DNA from: Ignavibacteriota bacterium | GTDB taxonomy: Bacteria > Bacteroidota > Ignavibacteria > UBA10030 | Reading direction: 5' to 3' | Assembly: GCA_963701295.1 (NCBI GenBank) | Contig: OY969585.1 | Location: forward strand, 2,720,001 to 2,784,000 | DNA: 64,000 bases | Shown: positions 31,249 through 41,225 of the stretch, in pieces | Numbering within the stretch: position 1 is the first letter of the stretch | Layout: each line of letters opens with the position of its first letter | Position numbers and translations under genes: made by a program | The notes under the pieces: generated by a model | Databases searched by the model: none | Told to the model about the DNA's origin: nothing | What the model saw: the letters and a program-made list of their open reading frames with translations, nothing else

Positions 31249-34200
31249 TTATCCCCTTAATCGCACTGCATATTGTCCCAACAATTGCTTCACAGCATCA
31301 GTGAATTGTCGGTTGGGATCAACGGTATATTTTCTTGTTAAATATATCGAATTGTTAGATAATCCGCTACCGGAGAGATTTAAAAGACACTGACAACTTC
31401 CCTTATGCCGCTCGATCAGTTTGACCAATTCAAATGCGTCTTTCTCACTGGTGGTGTCAAGATTAAGATTGATAATGACCCCTTTTGAAAACTTTTTTCG
31501 CACTTCTTCGATACCGATAATTTCATTGACAATGACTTTGATTGCTTCTTCATTTCCGTCGTTCTTACCGGTCATCATGACAATAGAACCGACCTGAAGA
31601 ATAGCGCTGTATTTTTGAAATGCATCGGCAAAGACAATGCAATCTGCCTTTCCTGTAAAATCTTCAATCGAAACGAACGCCATCGTCTTGCCCCGTTTAT
31701 CAATTTTCTTTTTAATGTCTGAAATGATGCCACAGATACGCACTGTAGAATTCGGTTTTACAAGTTGCGCTTCATTCAACTTGGCTGTTGCCAAACCTTC
31801 GATTTCATCGCGGTACTTTAAAAGCGGATGACCTGATACGTAGAACCCTAAAACCGATTTTTCTCGAGAAAGCTTTTCTATCTCCATCCAATCTGCTACC
31901 GTATGCAGCATAGGTCTGTGAAATACTTTCGCGCCGCCAAGATCGAATAGATTTGATTGCCCCTTTATGATTTGTTCCTGCATATCCTGTCCGTACGAAA
32001 TGGCAGCTTCCACATTATTAAACAACTGCGCTCGATTACTATGAAGAGAATCAAATGCACCTGCTTGAATAAGACCCTCAAGAGTTTTCTTATTCGCCAG
32101 CCGCAAATCAACGCGCATACAGAAATCGAAGATATCCATGAATCGTCCCTTTTCAATTCGCGCTTTCACTATCTGCTCCACCGCACCGACACCTACATTT
32201 TTGATTGCACTCAAACCGAATCGAATTCCTTTTGGTATAACAACAAAATTCACTCCGCTTTCGTTCACGTCAGGGGCAAGGACATCGATTCCGAGTTTGC
32301 GACATTCATCGATGAGAACAACAATCTTGTCGGTGTTGTCCATTTCACTCGAAAGTGTTGCTGCCATATACTCTGCTGGATAATGTGCTTTGAGATATGC
32401 GGTTTGATAAGCAAGCACCGAATACGCAACGCTGTGCGATTTGTTAAAACCATATGATGCAAACTTCTCGATCAAATCAAATATTTCGGCTGCGACTTTG
32501 CGCTCAACATGTTTTTCGACAGCGCTTTCGACGAATTCTTTTTTCTGCTTTGCCATTAACTCTTTGTCTTTTTTTCCCATTGCTCGGCGGAGCAAATCAG
32601 CTTGTGCAAGACTTAATCCCCCAATTTCGCTAGCGATCTTTATTACTTGTTCTTGATAAACGATGACGCCGTATGTTTCTTTCAGGATCGATTCAAGTTT
32701 CGGATGCAAATAGGTAATCTTTTGCTTCCCGTTTTTTCGATCAATGAAATCAGGGATATTTTCCATTGGTCCCGGTCGATACAGTGCGTTCATTGCAACC
32801 AGGTCATGAATCGAGGATGGTTTGAGCTTCCGTAAATAATCCTGCATTCCTGAACTTTCAAACTGAAACAATGCAACAGTTTGACCGCGTGAAAACATTT
32901 CAAGTGTTTTTGTATCAGCTTCCGGAAGACGATCTAAATCAATCTTCACATTGTGCCCTTGCTCAATCATTTCCAAAGCATCATCGATTACTGTTAACGT
33001 TCTTAGTCCGAGAAAGTCCATCTTCAACAAACCGGCATCTTCAAGGTCTTTCATGTTGTATTGCGTCATTGAATCTGTTTGAGGAGTTTTATACATTGGG
33101 ACATATTCGGTTATGTCTCCCGGTGCGATAACAACGCCAGCCGCATGCGTTGAAACATTCCTATTCATCCCTTCGAGAACTTTCGCCGTATCGATGAGAA
33201 GTTTTATCTTCTCATCCGGACTCTCGTTGATCCATTTCAGGTCAGAAACTGATTTTAACGCTTCCTCAATGGGAGTTACTCTTCCCTGAAAAACTGGAAT
33301 TTTTTTTGTAATTGAATCAATGACAGAAAGTTGGATACCGAGAACGCGTCCGACATCTTTCAATGCGGCACGTGCAGACATTGTTCCAAACGTGACAATC
33401 TGCGCAACGGAATGCTCACCGTACTTCTTTTTAACATATTCAATCACTCGCTCGCGTTTATTATCAGCAAAATCAATGTCTATATCAGGCATAGAGATTC
33501 GATCGGGATTGAGGAATCGCTCAAAAAGCAAATCGTATTGTAATGGATCAACATTCGTTATCCCAAGTGCATACGATACAATACTTCCAGCAGCACTCCC
33601 TCTTCCCGGCCCTACACGCACTCCCATTTCGCGCGCAGCGTTGATAAAATCTTGAACTATGAGAAAATACCCTGAATATCCCATTTTCTGAATGACACCA
33701 ATCTCTTGGTTAACACGTTTTTCAATTTCTGGAGTGACATGAGAATATCGCTTTCTAATTCCCTCGTGCACCAACTTTTCGAAATATTTATTCGGATCGG
33801 CTATACCTGATTCTGCCGGGATGGGAAACGCAGGCATATGGTTCTTCTTTAATTCGATTTGAAGATTGCACTTGTCTGCAATTTCCAATGTTGATGCAAT
33901 TGCTTCCGGATAGTCTTTGAAGAGAGCGATCATTTCGCTGGAAGATTTGAAAAAAAGTTGATCAGTTTGATACCTCAACGTCAGATAGTCAGATGTATTG
34001 GTACTGCTTGCCTCAGGAATGTAGAGCATGATATTATGCGGAATGGCATGCTCTTGCTTGATGTAATGGCAGTCATTTGTCGCTACCAGCTTGATACCAA
34101 GCTCATGTGCAATCTTTGGAGCACCGGCAAGGATCGTTTCTTCGCTTTTCAACCCGTGATTTTGAATCTCAATGTAAAAATCCTCGCCGAAAATATCCCG

Positions 34201-34710
34201 ATAGATAGTTGCGAATTCCATAGCTTCCTGAAATTCACCATCCACAAGCTGTTTGCCGATGATACCTCCCGGGCATGCTGAAGTTGCGATTAGTCCTTCG
34301 CGATACTGTGAAAGGATTTCTACATCGATACGAGGTTTAAAGTAATAGCCCTCCGTATGTCCAAGTGTGCAGAGCTTCATAAGATTTTTGTAACCGATAG
34401 AATTCTTTGCAAGAAGAATGATATGATGATAAATTCCTCTGCCCTGCCCTTTGCTTAACCGATTCGCATCTACTGTTTTTTCAAATCGACTTCCTTTTGT
34501 TACAATGTATGCCTCACAGCCGATGATGGGTTTAATACCGGCTTTTATGGCACGTTTGTAGAATTCGATCGCTCCGAAGAGCACGCCATGATCGGTAATC
34601 GCAACTGCGGGCATATTATTCGCAACAGCAGCATTTACAAGACTTTGAACAGTTGCCGCACCATCAAGGAGGCTGTAGTGTGTATGATTATGGAGATGAA
34701 CAAACTGCAT
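31249..34710 (-). CDS. dnaE: DNA polymerase III alpha subunit
   Basis: FVHLHNHT.YSLLDG PHP domain, GRGSAAGS, MPDIDID, KMDFLGL, YGFNKSH; no intein apparent. Confidence 0.99.
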   Translation of the reverse strand: MQFVHLHNHTHYSLLDGAATVQSLVNAAVANNMPAVAITDHGVLFGAIEFYKRAIKAGIKPIIGCEAYIVTKGSRFEKTVDANRLSKGQGRGIYHHIILLAKNSIGYKNLMKLCTLGHTEGYYFKPRIDVEILSQYREGLIATSACPGGIIGKQLVDGEFQEAMEFATIYRDIFGEDFYIEIQNHGLKSEETILAGAPKIAHELGIKLVATNDCHYIKQEHAIPHNIMLYIPEASSTNTSDYLTLRYQTDQLFFKSSSEMIALFKDYPEAIASTLEIADKCNLQIELKKNHMPAFPIPAESGIADPNKYFEKLVHEGIRKRYSHVTPEIEKRVNQEIGVIQKMGYSGYFLIVQDFINAAREMGVRVGPGRGSAAGSIVSYALGITNVDPLQYDLLFERFLNPDRISMPDIDIDFADNKRERVIEYVKKKYGEHSVAQIVTFGTMSARAALKDVGRVLGIQLSVIDSITKKIPVFQGRVTPIEEALKSVSDLKWINESPDEKIKLLIDTAKVLEGMNRNVSTHAAGVVIAPGDITEYVPMYKTPQTDSMTQYNMKDLEDAGLLKMDFLGLRTLTVIDDALEMIEQGHNVKIDLDRLPEADTKTLEMFSRGQTVALFQFESSGMQDYLRKLKPSSIHDLVAMNALYRPGPMENIPDFIDRKNGKQKITYLHPKLESILKETYGVIVYQEQVIKIASEIGGLSLAQADLLRRAMGKKDKELMAKQKKEFVESAVEKHVERKVAAEIFDLIEKFASYGFNKSHSVAYSVLAYQTAYLKAHYPAEYMAATLSSEMDNTDKIVVLIDECRKLGIDVLAPDVNESGVNFVVIPKGIRFGLSAIKNVGVGAVEQIVKARIEKGRFMDIFDFCMRVDLRLANKKTLEGLIQAGAFDSLHSNRAQLFNNVEAAISYGQDMQEQIIKGQSNLFDLGGAKVFHRPMLHTVADWMEIEKLSREKSVLGFYVSGHPLLKYRDEIEGLATAKLNEAQLVKPNSTVRICGIISDIKKKIDKRGKTMAFVSIEDFTGKADCIVFADAFQKYSAILQVGSIVMMTGKNDGNEEAIKVIVNEIIGIEEVRKKFSKGVIINLNLDTTSEKDAFELVKLIERHKGSCQCLLNLSGSGLSNNSIYLTRKYTVDPNRQFTDAVKQLLGQYAVRLRG

Positions 34711-34830
34711 GGAATTCAATTTCAAATTACAAATAATATTCATATTCTAAAAACAAATCAGCTACTGAAAGTTCATAAGTGAAACTTGTTTGTAATTTGT
34801 TTTTATGAAGTTTGAGTTGTTCGTTATTAT

Positions 34831-36525
34831 CTATTCTGCTAAAAGTTTTTGCACTTCAGAAACTGCGTCAGGAAGTTTCACCATAATCCGCTCGCCGGTT
34901 CTTCGCCGCTTAATTTCGACCTGACCATTTTTTAAACCCTTGTCTCCAACAATCACATGAAACGGCATTCCGAGTAAATCTGCATCTTTAAATTTGAAGC
35001 CGGGTGACATATTTGTACGATCATCAAAAAGCACTTCAATTTGTGCATCAATCATACGATCATAAATCTGATTTGATGCAGCCTCAACATCTTTACTATT
35101 CATGTTCACAGCAATAAGATGGATTTCGTATGGTGCCAGCGATTTATTCCAGATGATACCATCCTTGTCATTATTCTGTTCAATATAACATGCAACTATG
35201 CGATCTATTCCAATTCCATAGCTTCCCATAATCACCGGTTTAGCCTGACCACCTTCATCAAGATAGGTGATATTGAGGGAATTTGAATATTTTGTTCCGA
35301 GCTTGAAGATATGGCCAAGTTCAATTGCATTTGATATTTTCAACGGAGCTGTGCATTGCGGGCAAGGCTCACCTGCTTCAATGGATCGCAAATCAAAATA
35401 AGCATCAATCTTTGTATCACGTGCCAGGTCTATGTTCGCAATGTGATAGTCATTCCGGTTGGCACCGCTGATAAGTCCGTTAGCACCTTCCAAACGATTA
35501 TCTGCAATAATACGAAATCCTTCCAGATTGACAGGACCGATTGAACCGCCATCTGCACCTGTGAGCGCCAAAAGATCATCTGCTCCCATTGGAGAAATAT
35601 CTCCGCCGCCTAATGCGACAGTCAGTTTAGATTCATTGAGTTGATCATTTCCCATCATCAAAATAAGTAATGGTTTGCCACTATGACGATATACGAGTGA
35701 CTTTGCAAGCCGAGAATGATCCACTTTTAAAAACTCAACAAGATCAGAGATTGTCTTGATATTAGGAGTGTGAATATCCTTAAGGAGTTCACTATTCTCA
35801 ATACGCCCTCCTTTTGGAACACTTGAAGTAGCTACTTCTAAGTTTGCTGCATATCCGCATGTTGGACACAAAGCGGTTGTATCTTCACCAAACTCGGATT
35901 CAATCATGAATTCTTGCGAACCCGTACCACCCATTGCACCGCTGGAAGCTCCGACAATGAAAAATTTGATGCCGCAACGTGCAAAGATTTTCTTATATGC
36001 CTCTGCCTGCAAATCATAACTCTTATCCAGATCTTCCCACGAACGATCCAGAGAATACGCGTCCTTCATTATAAACTGACGCCCACGAAGGACCCCTGAT
36101 CTAGGTCTTGGCTCATTCCGGAATTTCGTTTGAATCTGATACCAAATTTGAGGCAGGTCTTTATAAGATTGAATATGCATACTCGCAATGTAGCCGATGA
36201 CTTCCTCATGTGTTGGTGCTAGTACCAAATCCCGTTCTTTGATGCTCAAGATAAAGTTTGGTATGTTGCGTCTGCCCGATAGTACCCAGAGTGATTCCGG
36301 ATTTAAAGCAGGCAAGAGTAATTCCTGCCCGCCGAGGGCATTCATTTCTTCCCGGACGATGTTCATTGCTTTCATTATTACGCGATAACCAAGTGGTAAG
36401 TAGGAATAAACACCAGAAGTTAATTGGCGCATAAAACCTGCCCGAAGCATTAACTTGTGACTTGGTATAGTTGCATCTGCTGGAACTTCTTTAAGTGTGG
36501 GAATAAATGCTTTGCTCAGTCGCAT
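34831..36525 (-). CDS. proS: Proline--tRNA ligase (bacterial type with editing insertion)
   Basis: SHKLMLRAG, LAPTHEE, KFRNE.RPR.G.LRGR, IELGHIFKLG, MGSYGIG. Confidence 0.98.
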   Translation of the reverse strand: MRLSKAFIPTLKEVPADATIPSHKLMLRAGFMRQLTSGVYSYLPLGYRVIMKAMNIVREEMNALGGQELLLPALNPESLWVLSGRRNIPNFILSIKERDLVLAPTHEEVIGYIASMHIQSYKDLPQIWYQIQTKFRNEPRPRSGVLRGRQFIMKDAYSLDRSWEDLDKSYDLQAEAYKKIFARCGIKFFIVGASSGAMGGTGSQEFMIESEFGEDTTALCPTCGYAANLEVATSSVPKGGRIENSELLKDIHTPNIKTISDLVEFLKVDHSRLAKSLVYRHSGKPLLILMMGNDQLNESKLTVALGGGDISPMGADDLLALTGADGGSIGPVNLEGFRIIADNRLEGANGLISGANRNDYHIANIDLARDTKIDAYFDLRSIEAGEPCPQCTAPLKISNAIELGHIFKLGTKYSNSLNITYLDEGGQAKPVIMGSYGIGIDRIVACYIEQNNDKDGIIWNKSLAPYEIHLIAVNMNSKDVEAASNQIYDRMIDAQIEVLFDDRTNMSPGFKFKDADLLGMPFHVIVGDKGLKNGQVEIKRRRTGERIMVKLPDAVSEVQKLLAE

Positions 36526-36573
36526 AAAACTAATCTTCGTTTGTGAGACATTCGATTATTAGACTAAATACAT

Positions 36574-36620
36574 AAAAGCCAATCCCGGTGCGCGTTGAAT
36601 ATCTGCTACTGGAAATTGGC
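36574..36620 (-). terminator. Possible terminator downstream of tRNA-Arg
   Basis: GCCAATTTC...GGGATTGGC followed by TTTT. Confidence 0.45.
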
Positions 36621-36678
36621 AATAAAACATTCATCCGTCATAATTTTAGACGGGAGAAACCAACTCAAGGAACTTCAG

Positions 36679-36752
36679 TACCCCCGAGAGGATTCGAACC
36701 TCCGACAAACGGTTTAGGAAACCGCTGCTCTATCCATCTGAGCTACGGGGGC
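36679..36752 (-). tRNA. tRNA-Arg(CCT)
   Basis: GCCCCCG/CGGGGGT acceptor, GCGGT-TTCCTAA-ACCGT, GGTTCGAATCC. Confidence 0.96.
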
Positions 36753-36820
36753 GTTTATTTATTTTGATTTCTTTCTAAATTCGCTGATTATTTTTCAACT
36801 TGGATATATTCAATCACCAT

Positions 36821-36862
36821 TAGTACCAAGGTTGGCAAGTATAGTGCCAACTTTAGTGCCAA
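36821..36862. repeat. Three TAGTRCCAA direct repeats, integrase arm-site-like
   Basis: TAGTACCAA 36821, TAGTGCCAA 36842 and 36854, partial inverted TTGGCA 36832; between the tRNA and the integrase remnant. Confidence 0.65.
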
Positions 36863-37128
36863 GTGTAATTCTTCTCTTCACCTCAAATACAATAGCTCAT
36901 CAAGTCATCCTGGCATTCCGAAGCCCTGCAATTCAAGATGAACTATTTGTCTGAAATTTGTTTAAAGTATATGGAATTTTTGAATGATTTCATTGCTATT
37001 AAAAAATACGAAACTTTACTCCCCTTTGCAAGCTAATCCAAGATACAATAGATTTGTCATTCAGTTTATCTCTTAAAAGGCTTTTAAAGAGATTTCTGAT
37101 ATCTTTCCTAAAAAAAATCTTCCCTGAT

Positions 37129-37232
37129 AAAGCATTCATTTCTTTTCGGAGGTGCTGAGGCATTGGGTGTGCATAAATTTCTATCGTTTAACTCGAACTA
37201 TGGCCTAATAATTTTGAGACCGCATATAACCC
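37129..37232 (-). pseudogene. Tyrosine recombinase/integrase C-terminal remnant
   Basis: Reads GLYAVSKLLGHSSS*TIEIYAHPMPQHLRKEMNAL, the box II LLGH...Y motif broken by TAA at 37190-37188. Confidence 0.8.
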
Positions 37233-37698
37233 TCTTATAAACCTGTCATTCAGACCTTTCGTTCTATTATATGTAATGATTTCTTCAAATTTATCAATAT
37301 CTGCAGGCGTGATTGGCCCCTGTGTAACATAGGGCTCAGAAAGAAGCTTATTGGTATTGAATCCAATAAGATAAAAGAAAATATTCCATTTACGCATGGG
37401 TCAGATCCTATTTCTTGAGAATGTGTTATTCAACGATATTCGAGTACTACATATTGACAATGCCTCATCGAAATACTGATAGATATTAATCATATTTGCT
37501 CCTATGGTTTACACATCAAGGTTGTCGCTTCTATCTGCAGGGTAAGATGCATATTAGTCGATTGTTCCAAATACTCATCTTCTTCAACAGGACTTTTTAT
37601 CTCTACTGACTCAACTTCAAGTCCCTTTAGACCAAGCTCGCTCTTTAAAATCGGTGTAATAGTATTAGAAGTCTTTGAGAGAATGGTAACGAAGGCTG

Positions 37699-38069
37699 CT
37701 ATTCTGGATCAACCAGTGAAACAAATTGCACGGGATTTTCCTGGCGTTCTTTTCTTGTTGCAACCCTTCTCCGAATCGTTTCAATTGTCTCTCTCATCTC
37801 TTGAGCTCTGACAGGATTGGCTGAATGAATATCCATCTCTTCCGGCGGAATGAAATTACTAATATAGACCTGTTCCTCAATCCAATTCAACACCCTAAAC
37901 CCTTCATTGTTTGAATCATGATCAGCGAGATCGTTATCCAGAGTTAATTCCGTACTAGTCCGGTTTCAAGCAGTGTTACGACTTCTTTCACGCTCATGAC
38001 CCGGATCCAGCCATCATCAGCTGAATGTTCTGCATCAAGTGGTCTTGCATCATCCAAATAAACTTTCAT
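37699..38069 (-). pseudogene. Frameshifted cyclic-phosphate-processing receiver-domain gene
   Basis: MKVYLDDAR..GWIRV..EV..LL.G.V / frameshift near 37953 / ELTLDNDL..G..VLNWIEE..HSANP...M; GAAAGGA RBS. Confidence 0.75.
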
Positions 38070-38108
38070 CGCATTATTCCTTTCATTTTAATATCGCCTA
38101 TGAAACAC

Positions 38109-38142
38109 AAAAGGCACTAGATGATAATCTTAGTGCCTTTTT
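38109..38142. terminator. Perfect 11-bp inverted repeat; bidirectional terminator or operator
   Basis: AAAAGGCACTA-11 nt-TAGTGCCTTTT. Confidence 0.5.
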
Positions 38143-38361
38143 ATAGATTTTTAGAGTCACATCGTGCAATCACTTAAGAATTTACACGAATGTGAATATA
38201 TTTTATTTCGTTATTGAATGACTGTTATTAGATTAACAATCCTTTCTAAAAGTAAATTTCAATTATTCTTTTTATTTAATATACGAACGAATTTTTAGTT
38301 AGGCAAACAACTCTATTAAGAACAATAAATACGGGCATAAATTAAATTCTTTAATTATCGG

Positions 38362-38448
38362 TTTTAACAAACCGCACACGAACGAATCCTCCAGGCGAAC
38401 AGGCACATTCGGATTATTCGTTCCGTCGGCTTGAGCGCTTAGTTAGGT
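38362..38448 (-). mobile_element. attC-like site with intact R''/L'' arm and degraded L'/R' arm
   Basis: Minus strand ACCTAAC-TAAGC-GCTCAAGC-CGAC just after the C45 stop; internal stem AACGAAT/ATTCGTT. Confidence 0.7.
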
Positions 38449-38486
38449 GGCATGCGGCACAACATTTTTCATTTCTTTTAATCTAT

Positions 38487-40250
38487 TTATTTTATAATCT
38501 TTTCGAGCTTCTGAATTCTCTCATTCATGTAATCCGGTATCCAGTACCGTCTATGAATATCGAGTGCCTTTTTTGCAAACTCAGCAGCACGATCCATATT
38601 CCCGAGGGAATGATATATGAGTGCAAGATGTTCATCTGTCTCGACCTGATAATATTCGCATTGGATATTGCTTTCAAGAGCGCGCAAATATTCAACGACC
38701 GCCTCGTCATATTTCTTCTCAGCTTCGAGTGCACGACCTTTATTATAATGACCCGTTATAATATCCGGGTATTTTTCAATCAGCTTATCAACATAGACCA
38801 TTGACTCGGATGGAAGTTTATAGTAATCACGATACGTCCAGGCCAAAAAGTCCAGGCTAAAATAATTCTCAATCTTTGAGTTACCAATGGAAGTTACCAA
38901 AGATCGGACATCGGTACTGTCTCGCCAATCACACGCTTCGATTTTTTCATATAGTTCATTCAACTTAGAAATAAATGGATCATTCAATCTTGAATCGGCT
39001 TCTTTATAGATGCTCACTTCACCAGTAATGTAATTATACTTTAACCATCTATTCCATGCAGCAAAGTGAGCATAGCAGGTAAAGTAAATCGTGGAATCAG
39101 CTAGATCAAAGATTACGGATTGATCCGTCTCATAATTGTGAAGAGATTCAAGATATACAGGTATACTATCGGTATAATGATAAAAATCGGTATTACTCAG
39201 GATGCCAATCGCTTCATTAACCATATTCGTGTCCGTGGTATCGATCAATTCGGCGAATTTGATTTCTCTGCACACATCATGAAATTGACCGGAATAAATT
39301 GTTTCACTCTTTTTTCCCAAATCTTTCGAGACAGTTCTATTTGCAACAAATTGATAATCGTTGATGTGAGTTGTTGCTTTCGTGGGCCCAATAAAATCAC
39401 AAACGACAGCTTGTTGTTCCTTGCTGCTTGATATTGTATATATTAAGCCAATGGGAAATGAAATAGTATGAATGAGCGAATCAACTTCTTTGAGATTATG
39501 TGTTTCTGTAATTAATTTACTTTTCTCCGAATAAAGGCTACAATGAGTTTTATCGAATCCATATGGATTATTATTACCGTTCTCCGATAGCGATATTCCG
39601 GATTCATTGAATGCAGTTGTAATCATCAATACAGAAACAAACCCAACATCCGTGAACTTTTGCTTTCCTGTTATAGCATAATTTACAACGACTGGATATT
39701 TTGAAATCAAGTTCAAAGGCATCGGTTGGTCAAGATTGTGACAATGATATATGTGGCGACCTTTTTTAATCACGATCGCTTCACAACGGTTAGAATACAG
39801 ATCAGAGATGACTTGAATTTCCCGGAAGAAAGATTCCGGCATGCCGGAACCTTCCGCTGCGCCCCGTATTTGATCATTTATATCAGCAGGGAGCCGGTCC
39901 GCGTATGTATTGATCTTGTGTCTCCATACAATTCCGCCGAACAGATTGGCAAATATTTTTTGGTACCAAGGGAGGTAATGAATCTCGTTCTCCATCATGT
40001 GTTCTTTGAATTTCTCGAACTCCTTATGCATTGCTACGAGTTCGCTTTTTAAGAGCGTGCCGTATTGCAAACCTATTTCGTAATTAGTTCCTTGAAGATA
40101 GAGAAACGGAATTCCATAGTGAATCTCTTTGTAGCCGTGTCCAAGACGGATTGTTTTAGTGGAATCTTCTTGCGCCTTCCCATGATGAATGAATGTGAGA
40201 CTTATTAAGAATATGTATAGATAATACATACGATGCGTTGTTATAGTCAT
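38487..40250 (-). CDS. Secreted C45-family Ntn hydrolase/acyltransferase with C-terminal TPRs
   Basis: Signal peptide; L.L.G..YEIG.QYG; N-R-C-EAIV putative autoproteolysis Cys; HNLD; NESGIS; TPR-like helices; start moved to 40250. Confidence 0.75.
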   Translation of the reverse strand: MTITTHRMYYLYIFLISLTFIHHGKAQEDSTKTIRLGHGYKEIHYGIPFLYLQGTNYEIGLQYGTLLKSELVAMHKEFEKFKEHMMENEIHYLPWYQKIFANLFGGIVWRHKINTYADRLPADINDQIRGAAEGSGMPESFFREIQVISDLYSNRCEAIVIKKGRHIYHCHNLDQPMPLNLISKYPVVVNYAITGKQKFTDVGFVSVLMITTAFNESGISLSENGNNNPYGFDKTHCSLYSEKSKLITETHNLKEVDSLIHTISFPIGLIYTISSSKEQQAVVCDFIGPTKATTHINDYQFVANRTVSKDLGKKSETIYSGQFHDVCREIKFAELIDTTDTNMVNEAIGILSNTDFYHYTDSIPVYLESLHNYETDQSVIFDLADSTIYFTCYAHFAAWNRWLKYNYITGEVSIYKEADSRLNDPFISKLNELYEKIEACDWRDSTDVRSLVTSIGNSKIENYFSLDFLAWTYRDYYKLPSESMVYVDKLIEKYPDIITGHYNKGRALEAEKKYDEAVVEYLRALESNIQCEYYQVETDEHLALIYHSLGNMDRAAEFAKKALDIHRRYWIPDYMNERIQKLEKIIK

Positions 40251-40305
40251 TGTTTTTAACTTACCGATGTTCAATAATTTACTGATTGTTATGCCGCATG
40301 ATGCC

Positions 40306-40335
40306 ACCTAACGGATTGGCGCTAAGCTGCAGCGC
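40306..40335 (-). mobile_element. attC L'/R' half-site at the 5' boundary of the C45 cassette
   Basis: Minus strand GCA-GCTTAGC-GCCAATCC-GTTAGGT (GTTRRRY). Confidence 0.7.
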
Positions 40336-40375
40336 TGCAAACTTTCAAAATGCACAAACGCCACGCCCTGTGTTT

Positions 40376-41149
40376 CTAAATGCCGAAGATTTTATAGGAG
40401 TAACCTACTGAAATTATCAGATTTCCTGTGTGACTCGTTCCATCTTGGGCATAGTTCTGCACGTTGGTTAATCCGTAGAGTCCGCGCACGTTCAACGAAA
40501 CACTTGCTCGGAGCGTGACAGGGAGAATGATGCCTGCGCCTCCCGTAATACCGGCATTCACTTTATGGATACTGCTTGTTACGTCGTTGCTCGCATCGAA
40601 GGATTCAGGCGGCACCTGAATATATCCGCCGTTTCCGTCGGGCATGACCAACGGAGTTCCATTCTTGTCGATATAAATTGAGCTGGTCCCACTCGTCTTC
40701 TCGGTTGCGCTCAGTAGGAACCCAACATACGGCCCGCCATTTATATCGAATGAGATATCACCAAGTCCGAAGGTGTACTTAGCCAGTACAGGTATCTCGA
40801 TGTAGTTGAGGATCGACATATTTTTGAAATTCGAGTAATAATAGCCACCGGAGGGTAAAGGCGGAAGATTAGTAGAAGTTATGGGTTGGATTCCATTTCT
40901 CTGTCCACCTTGTCCGTCGAAATTAATTTGCGGCTCTATAGAAAAATTGTCGGCCATTGCAAACTCGAAAGTTATTCCGAAGTTAGGCGCAAGTCGTGAC
41001 GTATAGCCCTGGCTGATTTCGTTGTTTCCTCCGCTGAGATCTGGAACACTTAAGCCGCTTTGAATGCCGATTTCCACTTGCGCAGGAGATGTTTGAAACA
41101 TTAAAATGTAAATTATTATGAACAGGATAAACGAGATCGATCTTTTCAT
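40376..41149 (-). CDS. Outer-membrane beta-barrel (porin/PorT-like) protein
   Basis: Signal peptide, LNYIEIPVLAKY, GGPYVGFLL, C-terminal ISVGYSY strand. Confidence 0.85.
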   Translation of the reverse strand: MKRSISFILFIIIYILMFQTSPAQVEIGIQSGLSVPDLSGGNNEISQGYTSRLAPNFGITFEFAMADNFSIEPQINFDGQGGQRNGIQPITSTNLPPLPSGGYYYSNFKNMSILNYIEIPVLAKYTFGLGDISFDINGGPYVGFLLSATEKTSGTSSIYIDKNGTPLVMPDGNGGYIQVPPESFDASNDVTSSIHKVNAGITGGAGIILPVTLRASVSLNVRGLYGLTNVQNYAQDGTSHTGNLIISVGYSYKIFGI

Positions 41150-41225
41150 ATAGAAATCCCTTTATTTGTATCCCCAATTCATGCTTTGATTGATTCAATT
41201 TAGGCAACTGTGGTGTTATCCACAA

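Noticed and set aside
31249-34710. Possible intein in DnaE
   Set aside because: Normal length and no splice-junction motifs seen
36821-36862. Short repeats as a CRISPR array
   Set aside because: 9-bp units with 3-12 bp spacing and no cas genes; no CRISPR array seen in the window
37188-37397. 69-aa ORF as a real gene
   Set aside because: Only its last 14 or so codons are integrase-like; it looks like a chimera of remnants
37502-37705. Start-less minus-strand frame (SRIAFVTILSK...MCKP)
   Set aside because: No plausible start at its 5' end and no recognisable family
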